Under the pieces are notes generated by a model. The model was not told where the DNA came from, searched no databases, and saw only the letters and a program-made list of their open reading frames with translations. Shown here in pieces: positions 57,228 through 64,000 of a stretch of 64,000 nt of DNA. The stretch is taken from sequence record PZ452582.1; one strand, written 5' to 3'. The translations under genes were made by a program, and so were the position numbers. Numbering within the stretch: the stretch's first letter is position 1; each line of letters begins with the position of its first letter. Source of the DNA: a phage.

Positions 57228-57421
57228 TGGCTCGTTTAAATAAGCGTCAGCTTAAGAAAGCCCATAAGAAACGTATTGACCAGCTATTTAAAGATTATAA
57301 CAAAGAGCTCGTGTGTGAGCTCTTAACTAATCAACTTCGTATGGTTGAAATTATAGAAGGTCCTGACGAAATTTTTGTCAGTGAAGAAGCTTTAAAATTA
57401 ATTATAGAGCATTCAAAATGA
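57227..57421 (+). CDS. hypothetical basic protein (64 aa)
   Basis: ATG overlapping upstream stop. Confidence 0.5.
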   Translation: MARLNKRQLKKAHKKRIDQLFKDYNKELVCELLTNQLRMVEIIEGPDEIFVSEEALKLIIEHSK

Positions 57422-57627
57422 AATTTGATTTTTATGCATGGCAAAAAGCTGGGAGACCAGCTACTCGAGCATTTGGTTCTGATGGATATAATATTAGAGC
57501 CCATTGGAAATTTAATGCTCCAGAAGATTATTCTCCGGTAATTATTAACGGCGATGTTGTTATATTAACTAAAATCGGGTATTTTAACGTTCCGCGAGAA
57601 TTTATTATAAATAATCATGTAATTTAA
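57418..57627 (+). CDS. hypothetical protein (69 aa)
   Basis: ATGA overlap. Confidence 0.5.
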   Translation: MKFDFYAWQKAGRPATRAFGSDGYNIRAHWKFNAPEDYSPVIINGDVVILTKIGYFNVPREFIINNHVI

Positions 57628-57643
57628 ATAAAAGGAGAATTAC

Positions 57644-57889
57644 ATGGCTAGTACTCGCGGTTATGTTAATATTAAAACATTTGAGCAGAAATTAGATGGA
57701 AATAAGAAAATTGAAGGAAAGGAAATTTCTGTAGCTTTCCCTCTTTATTCTGACGTTCACAAAATTTCTGGTGCTCATTACCAGACGTTCCCTTCAGAAA
57801 AAGCAGCATATTCTACAGTATATGAAGAAAATCAACGTACTGAATGGATTGCTGCAAATGAAGATTTGTGGAAAGTAACTGGTGAATAA
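57644..57889 (+). CDS. soc: small outer capsid protein Soc
   Basis: 81 aa, matches recalled T4 Soc; SD aaggag. Confidence 0.9.
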   Translation: MASTRGYVNIKTFEQKLDGNKKIEGKEISVAFPLYSDVHKISGAHYQTFPSEKAAYSTVYEENQRTEWIAANEDLWKVTGE

Positions 57890-57895
57890 ATGCAA

Positions 57896-57918
57896 GGACT
57901 CCTTCGGGAGTCCTTTTT
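57896..57918 (+). terminator. rho-independent terminator (UUCG tetraloop)
   Basis: ggactcc-ttcg-ggagtcc plus TTTTT. Confidence 0.8.
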
Positions 57919-57929
57919 CATTTAAACGG

Positions 57930-57958
57930 TTTACATATCAAAATGAGTATGGTATAAT
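57930..57958 (+). promoter_or_regulatory. early promoter (TTTACA-17-TATAAT)
   Basis: GTTTAC motif, consensus -10. Confidence 0.7.
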
Positions 57959-57984
57959 AGAATTATCTTATAGAGGAGAGCACT

Positions 57985-58191
57985 ATGTTAAATCGCTGGA
58001 TTAAACCAAATGAAGATTTAGATATTATCATTTCACGACATGTAATGAAGAAATATGAACTACAGCCATGGTCTACAGAAGTTGTTGTGCATTCATTTAT
58101 GATGTACGCAGATGGTTCTGTTGAATTTAATGCAGAGATTCGATATGATTATGGCGAGAAGCAAGTCGAATTTAAGAGAGGCTTTTTGTAA
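57985..58191 (+). CDS. hypothetical protein (68 aa)
   Basis: SD gaggag. Confidence 0.5.
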   Translation: MLNRWIKPNEDLDIIISRHVMKKYELQPWSTEVVVHSFMMYADGSVEFNAEIRYDYGEKQVEFKRGFL

Positions 58192-58523
58192 TGTTTATCT
58201 TTAATTGGTTTAAAAGTTTCTTTACAGATTTTTTCTCTACGACTCCTGGAGAAGGTGTAGTTCCTATTTCAAATGACTACCTTCCTTTAACTGTAGTTGA
58301 GTATGTTTATATGGGAGATGGAACAGTAGAAGCAGTCACTATGACTTATGAAGAAGCCCAAGAATATTATAAAAATCCTTGGCGCTGGTCAACACCTACT
58401 ACATCATCTAATACACAGTCTAGTTCTGATTCATATGATACAAATGTCCCTGTTCATGTATGGGCAGGTGATTCATGCGGAAGTTCTTGTGATTCTAGCT
58501 GTTCATCTACATCTTGTGATTGA
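58191..58523 (+). CDS. hypothetical protein (110 aa) with Ser/Cys-rich C-terminal tail
   Basis: Tail [18 protein letters not shown]; TAATG coupling. Confidence 0.5.
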   Translation: MFIFNWFKSFFTDFFSTTPGEGVVPISNDYLPLTVVEYVYMGDGTVEAVTMTYEEAQEYYKNPWRWSTPTTSSNTQSSSDSYDTNVPVHVWAGDSCGSSCDSSCSSTSCD

Positions 58524-59017
58524 GGAAAATTATGGAAGCAATTTTGTTTGAAATGTATATTAGCAGTAATAGCATGTCGTTTGCTAAAGATGTTCCAATT
58601 ACTGTAGCCGTAGTGATTGATAAGGGTTATTGTAACCCTATGTATCTCGTAGAAAATTTCGTTTCAATGCCAGTTCCAGAAGATGTTGAAATAAAACTTA
58701 AAAAGATCGGAATTATTGAAACTGTGCCAAATAGTCCGTTTAGAGCAATTGAAGCATTTACTAAATCCGAATACATTAATGTTAGCGCAGAACAATATAA
58801 TGGTAATCCTTTATCTTTTTATTCGTACGATTCAGTATATGACTGGAAAATAAATGAAGGAAATAAATTTATAATTGCGAGTGAAGATGCTTTATCATAC
58901 TTTATTTATTATGTATGGAATAATTTAAATCCAAAATTGCTAAAAATTCATGAATTTGACGATGCTCCTACTATTGTTTTAGGTAAAACAAATGAAAGTT
59001 CTGAAGAAAATGCTTGA
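58520..59017 (+). CDS. hypothetical protein (165 aa), at the T4 mrh position
   Basis: Size and position only. Confidence 0.4.
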   Translation: MRKIMEAILFEMYISSNSMSFAKDVPITVAVVIDKGYCNPMYLVENFVSMPVPEDVEIKLKKIGIIETVPNSPFRAIEAFTKSEYINVSAEQYNGNPLSFYSYDSVYDWKINEGNKFIIASEDALSYFIYYVWNNLNPKLLKIHEFDDAPTIVLGKTNESSEENA

Positions 59018-59195
59018 ATGGTTCAATAGACCAAACTCAATGTATATTGACGATGGTTGGGTTGAACAAGCAAATAAAGAAATGCAGAACGAATCGGAAG
59101 AATGGATGAAATCAATGATTAGTGCTGAGAAAGAAAAGAAATTAGAACGCTCAGCGCTTAAATTGATGAGAGACATCTATGGTGATAAATCATGA
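58992..59195 (+). CDS. hypothetical protein (67 aa)
   Basis: ATG ORF overlapping upstream 3' end. Confidence 0.4.
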   Translation: MKVLKKMLEWFNRPNSMYIDDGWVEQANKEMQNESEEWMKSMISAEKEKKLERSALKLMRDIYGDKS

Positions 59196-59356
59196 GCAAA
59201 GATATGACATTGGAAGAGGCTAAAGCAAAAGCAAATGAAGCAATGGATTTGCTTCTTAAAATTGGTAGTAAAATGATGGAAGAAAATGAGAAATATATCC
59301 AGGAAAATAAAATTCCTGACGGTCCATTAGTAGGCAAAAGGAAATCACATGATTGA
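59192..59356 (+). CDS. hypothetical small protein (54 aa)
   Basis: ATGA-coupled on both sides; below track cutoff. Confidence 0.35.
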   Translation: MSKDMTLEEAKAKANEAMDLLLKIGSKMMEENEKYIQENKIPDGPLVGKRKSHD

Positions 59357-59819
59357 AGTAGCAAAACTATATTCAATAGAATTTATGTCTAAAGAAGGTA
59401 AATCAGTAAATACACTTGATAAAAAATGCTCATTAATTATTCCTTTGGCAGAAAATCCGGATTTTTTAATTAAAGATATAAAAGAAAGAAAATATCCAGA
59501 AAATATTATTCTAATTATAAAGCATACTGAAGATATTTTGCAGAATACTGATTCGCCGTTTTCTTCTTCTGAAGCTTTAACTATTAAAGGCTATAAAAGA
59601 GCCCATGAATATGGTCTTTTTGACATGTTTGAAGACGATAAAGTTAAATTAGTGAGTCAACCTTCTAAAAGTAAAACATTCATTATTGAAGATATTAAAG
59701 ATATAAATGCATTTGTTAAGATGGTCTGGGCTCATTTTGATGTTGGACTACGTTGGAGAATGTCCGAAGAAGAAAGAAAGATTATTGAAGCTAATCGTCA
59801 ATTTGGTTTTTATCGCTAG
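59349..59819 (+). CDS. hypothetical protein (156 aa)
   Basis: ATG ORF. Confidence 0.5.
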   Translation: MIEVAKLYSIEFMSKEGKSVNTLDKKCSLIIPLAENPDFLIKDIKERKYPENIILIIKHTEDILQNTDSPFSSSEALTIKGYKRAHEYGLFDMFEDDKVKLVSQPSKSKTFIIEDIKDINAFVKMVWAHFDVGLRWRMSEEERKIIEANRQFGFYR

Positions 59820-59827
59820 GAATTAGT

Positions 59828-60010
59828 ATGGATTTATTTGAGATGTTAGAAGATAATCATTCTACGAATATCCAGAATGATTCTAGTGATTATAAGAAAG
59901 AATACCGTATAGTATTACAGAATTATGGAATTGAAGCCCCAGATGCTCTTCTAGAAGAACTAGCTTCATACCATCTTGACCCTCCGCCTTGGGCTCCCTG
60001 GGCAAAATAA
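59828..60010 (+). CDS. hypothetical protein (60 aa)
   Basis: ATG ORF. Confidence 0.45.
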   Translation: MDLFEMLEDNHSTNIQNDSSDYKKEYRIVLQNYGIEAPDALLEELASYHLDPPPWAPWAK

Positions 60011-60022
60011 TTCAAAAAGTTG

Positions 60023-60051
60023 TTTACTTTCCTTTCTAACGATGATATGAT
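60023..60051 (+). promoter_or_regulatory. early promoter (TTTACT-17-TATGAT)
   Basis: GTTTAC motif. Confidence 0.55.
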
Positions 60052-60077
60052 AGCTTCTGAAGTATACGGAGGCTATC

Positions 60078-60701
60078 ATGATTATTAATCCTGCAGATGT
60101 TGAACAGTTATCTATAAAAGCTGAAAGCGTTGATTTTCAATATGATATGTATAAAAAAGTCTGTGAAAAATTTACTGACTTCGAGCAGTCTGTTCTTTGG
60201 CAATGTATGGAAGCCAAAAAGAATGAAGCTCTTCACAGACAGTTGAATAAAATCATTAAAAAGCATTTAACTAAATCGCCTTATCAATTATATCGTGGTA
60301 TATCAAAATCGACAAAAGAACTTATTAAAGATTTACAGGTTGGAGAAGTGTTTTCAACGAACAGGGTAGATTCATTTACTACTAGTTTACACACAGCGTG
60401 TTCTTTTTCTTATGCTGAATATTTCACTGAAACAATACTTCATTTAAAAACTGATAAAGCTTTTAATTATTCTGACCATATCAGCGATATTATACTTTCT
60501 TCTCCTAATACTGAGTTTAAGTATACATATGAAGATACTGATGGATTAGATTCAGAGCGTACTGATAACTTAATGATGATTGTGCATGAACAAGAATGGA
60601 TGATTCCAATTGGAAAGTATAAAATAACTTCTATTTCAAAAGAAAAATTACACGATTCATTTGGAACATTTAAAGTTTATGATATTGAGGTAATTGAATG
60701 A
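60078..60701 (+). CDS. modB: ADP-ribosyltransferase (ModB-like, 207 aa)
   Basis: R-S-EXE-like triad: LYRG, FTTS, EQEWMIP; modA/modB assignment is by length only. Confidence 0.6.
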   Translation: MIINPADVEQLSIKAESVDFQYDMYKKVCEKFTDFEQSVLWQCMEAKKNEALHRQLNKIIKKHLTKSPYQLYRGISKSTKELIKDLQVGEVFSTNRVDSFTTSLHTACSFSYAEYFTETILHLKTDKAFNYSDHISDIILSSPNTEFKYTYEDTDGLDSERTDNLMMIVHEQEWMIPIGKYKITSISKEKLHDSFGTFKVYDIEVIE

Positions 60702-61300
60702 AATACTCAGTAATGCAACTAAAAGATTTTAAAATAAAATCAATGGATGCATCGGTGCGTGCTTCTATTCGTGAAGAATTACTTTCTGAAGGGTTTAATT
60801 TATCTGAAATTGAACTTTTAATTCATTGTATTACCAACAAACCAGATGACCATACTTGGTTAAATGAAATAATCAAATCTCGTTTGGTTCCAAACGATAA
60901 ACCTCTTTGGAGAGGTGTTCCAGCTGAGACTAAGCAGGTGTTAAATCAAGGAATTGATATTATTACATTTGATAAAGTCGTATCAGCTTCATATGATAAA
61001 AATATAGCTCTACATTTTGCTTCCGGTTTAGAGTATAACACACAAGTTATTTTTGAATTCAAAGCTCCTATGGTATTCAATTTCCAGGAGTATGCTATAA
61101 AAGCTCTACGCTGTAAAGAATACAATCCAAACTTTAAGTTTCCGGATAGCCATCGTTATCGTAATATGGAATTAGTTTCAGATGAACAAGAAGTAATGAT
61201 ACCAGCTGGAAGTGTATTTAGAATTGCAGATAGATATGAGTATAAAAAGTATTCAACATACACTATCTATACTCTTGATTTTGAAGGATTTAATCTATAA
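60698..61300 (+). CDS. modA: ADP-ribosyltransferase (ModA-like, 200 aa)
   Basis: LWRG, SAS, EQEVMIP motifs; paralog of upstream gene. Confidence 0.6.
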   Translation: MKYSVMQLKDFKIKSMDASVRASIREELLSEGFNLSEIELLIHCITNKPDDHTWLNEIIKSRLVPNDKPLWRGVPAETKQVLNQGIDIITFDKVVSASYDKNIALHFASGLEYNTQVIFEFKAPMVFNFQEYAIKALRCKEYNPNFKFPDSHRYRNMELVSDEQEVMIPAGSVFRIADRYEYKKYSTYTIYTLDFEGFNL

Positions 61301-61357
61301 TGGAAGGACTTAGATTCATTATACCATGAAATTTTTGAAGCATTTTTCATAAAATTG

Positions 61358-61386
61358 TTTACAAGCCAAGGTAAAAATGTTATAGT
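61358..61386 (+). promoter_or_regulatory. early promoter (TTTACA-17-TATAGT)
   Basis: GTTTAC motif. Confidence 0.6.
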
Positions 61387-61421
61387 ATAGTAGTCAATCG
61401 TCCGTAAGATGTGAGAAAAAT

Positions 61422-62168
61422 ATGAAACTGTCTAATAATCAAATTCGTAAAATTAAACGTCGTTTAGAGCACACTCAGGCATCTGCAAAAAGACGTTCTA
61501 AAGATTTTAACTTAGACTTCAATTACATTAAGAACATTTTAGACCAAAAAGTTTGCGCTTACTCGGGAGAACCTTTTGATAATCGTATTGAAGGAGAGAA
61601 ATTATCATTAGAACGTTTTGATAATAACGTTGGATACATTAAAGGGAATGTTATTGCAGTAAAGAAAAAGTATAATACATTTCGTTCTGATTATACTTTA
61701 GAGGAGTTGATTGAAAAACGTGATTTGTTTGCTTTGCGAATTGGTCGTTCATCTGCGAAAAAAGTTCATAAACTAAATTTAGATGAAAAGAAATGGGCTA
61801 AAATCAAAAAGACTTATAATCAAATTAAAGCTATACAGAAAAAACGTGAAAACCGAATTGAACACATTTCTCAGCTTTCTAAATCAAAACAGACCTCTGA
61901 CATTAAGCTAAGAATTATAGCACTTAAAGCTCGTATTGATGGTTCTCGTATAGCAGAAGGCGCTGAAGTTGTTAAATTGAACGTTCTTCTTAAAGGCTCG
62001 GATTGGAAAACTGTGAAAAAGTTGTCAGAAGCAGAAATGCAATATGATATGTGTGATAAAATTATTCAAGGTGTAGAGCGGTATCAAAACTTGTCTTTTA
62101 TTGATAAACTTAAACTGAAAAGAGGATATCCGCTGAATTGTTCAATTTTTAAACTTATCCGAGGATAA
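61422..62168 (+). CDS. hypothetical protein (248 aa), at the T4 srd position
   Basis: Position between mod genes and dda; basic N-terminus; no diagnostic motif. Confidence 0.45.
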   Translation: MKLSNNQIRKIKRRLEHTQASAKRRSKDFNLDFNYIKNILDQKVCAYSGEPFDNRIEGEKLSLERFDNNVGYIKGNVIAVKKKYNTFRSDYTLEELIEKRDLFALRIGRSSAKKVHKLNLDEKKWAKIKKTYNQIKAIQKKRENRIEHISQLSKSKQTSDIKLRIIALKARIDGSRIAEGAEVVKLNVLLKGSDWKTVKKLSEAEMQYDMCDKIIQGVERYQNLSFIDKLKLKRGYPLNCSIFKLIRG

Positions 62169-62169
62169 T

Positions 62170-62481
62170 ATGGTTTATGTATATGCGATAGTTTACCGAG
62201 ACAAAGACGGATTTACGGCGCCAGTTCCACTTGATGAACATCGTCCTGCTGTGTTTTTTGAAAGAGAGATTGCTGATAGAGTTTTTACTACTCTCAAAGA
62301 CCAATATAAATTAGCTTTAGGTATGGGAATTCCAAGATTAGTTGAGACTCCACGCAAGTTTTGGTTTAATAAAATAGAAGTTAAACATGTTAAGCCTGAC
62401 GTAGACACACAAAGATTATATCAGCGAATTTTAGATACTGGGCGTATTGTTAGTATACCAATTGCAGGGACTTTCCGATGA
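62170..62481 (+). CDS. hypothetical protein (103 aa), dda.1 position
   Basis: ATG ORF; ATGA-coupled to dda. Confidence 0.5.
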   Translation: MVYVYAIVYRDKDGFTAPVPLDEHRPAVFFEREIADRVFTTLKDQYKLALGMGIPRLVETPRKFWFNKIEVKHVKPDVDTQRLYQRILDTGRIVSIPIAGTFR

Positions 62482-63797
62482 CATTTGATGATTTGACCGA
62501 AGGCCAGAAAAATGCCTTTAACATTGTTATGAAGGCTATTAAAGAAAAGAAACATCATGTAACTATTAATGGACCTGCTGGTACTGGTAAGACTACTCTT
62601 ACTAAGTTCATCATTGAAGCTTTAATATCTACGGGTGAAACTGGTATTATTTTAGCAGCTCCTACTCATGCAGCTAAAAAGATTCTTTCAAAACTATCAG
62701 GGAAAGAAGCGAGTACTATTCATAGTATTCTTAAAATTAACCCAGTAACATATGAAGAAAACGTTCTTTTTGAACAGAAGGAAGTACCAGATTTAGCTAA
62801 ATGCAGGGTATTAATCTGCGACGAAGTGTCAATGTATGATAGAAAGCTATTTAAAATTCTGCTTTCAACTATCCCGCCATGGTGTACTATAATTGGAATA
62901 GGTGATAATAAGCAAATTAGACCTGTTGACCCAGGAGAAAATACTGCTTATATCAGTCCATTCTTTACACACAAAGATTTTTATCAGTGTGAACTTACTG
63001 AAGTTAAACGCAGTAATGCTCCTATTATTGATGTAGCTACTGATGTTCGTAATGGTAAGTGGATTTATGATAAAGTTGTTGACGGGCATGGAGTACGTGG
63101 ATTTACTGGTGATACCGCTTTACGCGATTTTATGGTAAATTATTTTTCAATCGTCAAATCACTAGATGATTTGTTTGAAAATCGCGTAATGGCATTTACG
63201 AATAAATCTGTTGACAAGTTAAACAATATTATTCGTAAAAAGATTTTTGAAACTGATAAAGATTTTATTGTTGGTGAAATTATTGTAATGCAGGAACCAT
63301 TAATTAAAACATATAAAATTGATGGAAAGCCTGTATCAGAAATTATTTTTAATAATGGACAATTAGTTCGTATTATAGAAGCAGAGTATACATCAACATT
63401 TGTTAAAGCTCGTGGTGTTCCTGGAGAATACTTAATTCGTCATTGGGATTTAACAGTAGAAACTTACGGCGATGATGAATATTATCGTGAAAAGATTAAA
63501 ATAATTTCATCTGATGAAGAGCTGTATAAGTTTAACTTATTTTTAGGTAAAACGGCAGAAACATATAAAAATTGGAATAAAGGCGGAAAAGCTCCATGGA
63601 GTGATTTTTGGGATGCTAAATCACAGTTCAGTAAAGTGAAAGCACTTCCTGCATCAACATTCCATAAAGCTCAGGGTATGTCTGTAGACCGTGCTTTCAT
63701 TTATACGCCTTGTATTCATTATGCAGATGCTGAATTGGCCCAACAACTTCTTTATGTTGGTGTAACACGTGGTCGTTATGATGTGTTTTATGTGTGA
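62478..63797 (+). CDS. dda: Dda DNA helicase (SF1B)
   Basis: 439 aa; Walker A GPAGTGKTT; matches recalled T4 Dda. Confidence 0.95.
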   Translation: MTFDDLTEGQKNAFNIVMKAIKEKKHHVTINGPAGTGKTTLTKFIIEALISTGETGIILAAPTHAAKKILSKLSGKEASTIHSILKINPVTYEENVLFEQKEVPDLAKCRVLICDEVSMYDRKLFKILLSTIPPWCTIIGIGDNKQIRPVDPGENTAYISPFFTHKDFYQCELTEVKRSNAPIIDVATDVRNGKWIYDKVVDGHGVRGFTGDTALRDFMVNYFSIVKSLDDLFENRVMAFTNKSVDKLNNIIRKKIFETDKDFIVGEIIVMQEPLIKTYKIDGKPVSEIIFNNGQLVRIIEAEYTSTFVKARGVPGEYLIRHWDLTVETYGDDEYYREKIKIISSDEELYKFNLFLGKTAETYKNWNKGGKAPWSDFWDAKSQFSKVKALPASTFHKAQGMSVDRAFIYTPCIHYADAELAQQLLYVGVTRGRYDVFYV

Positions 63798-63803
63798 GGC
63801 TAT

Positions 63804-64000
63804 ATGATTAACATCAATTCAAAATATTTAAATCGTCTAATAGATGGTATAAGGAAGCATACTAATAAGCAAGATAATCTCGATGTTATGGTAACAGGAG
63901 CTGAGCTCCTTCATAAGCTTTATCTTATAAGTGATACTATATTAGCAATTAAACGAATTGAAAAACAATCATATCACAGTAATACAGATACGGTAATTAC
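63804..64000 (+). CDS. hypothetical protein, N-terminal fragment (3' end outside window)
   Basis: ATG with SD gagg after dda; open to window end. Confidence 0.45.
   Translation, partial: MININSKYLNRLIDGIRKHTNKQDNLDVMVTGAELLHKLYLISDTILAIKRIEKQSYHSNTDTVI

Noticed and set aside
62193-62408. Minus-strand ORF antisense to the dda.1-like gene
   Set aside because: No RBS; overlaps a coupled + strand gene.

Overview
The window is a contiguous 64 kb segment of a T4-like (Tequatrovirus-type) lytic coliphage genome. Almost every gene is on the + strand, densely packed with ATGA/TAATG start-stop overlaps, and the order follows the T4 early/middle region read in reverse of the conventional T4 map: an 11-tRNA cluster and stable-RNA region, nudE, lysozyme e, denV, an internal protein, regB, vs, tk, rI, an nrdC-side accessory block, nrdC, pin, endonuclease VII (49), nrdD, nrdG, nrdH, sigma factor 55, alpha-glucosyltransferase, 47, 46, rpbA, 45, 44, 62, regA, DNA polymerase 43, imm, 42, a glycosyltransferase, uvsX, 40, helicase 41, the dmd/61.x island, primase 61, dam, 56, soc, two ADP-ribosyltransferases, and dda. 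Many proteins are recognised by recalled T4 sequence (lysozyme, EndoV, alpha-gt, UvsX, Dam, NrdD, gp43 and others); no search was run, so every homology call is from memory. Regulatory content is stereotyped: about 19 sigma70-type early promoters with a GTTTAC(A/T) -35 element, TATAAATA late promoters, two candidate MotA-box middle promoters, and many C(UUCG)G tetraloop hairpins. Content that looks accessory relative to T4 includes two free-standing homing endonucleases (HNH and GIY-YIG) flanking gene 46, a PD-(D/E)xK-like ORF fused in an operon with dam, small ORFs with capsid-targeting-sequence N-termini, a macro-domain protein, a GrcA/YfiD-like gene whose 3' half has host-like codon usage, a nucleotidyltransferase-fold cassette, four tandem coiled-coil paralogs, a lipoprotein cassette next to imm, and a non-T4 glycosyltransferase at the beta-gt position. 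No CRISPR array, integrase, transposase or rRNA was seen. Many six-frame track ORFs start at TTG/GTG; starts were moved to the first ATG with a Shine-Dalgarno where that was clearly better.
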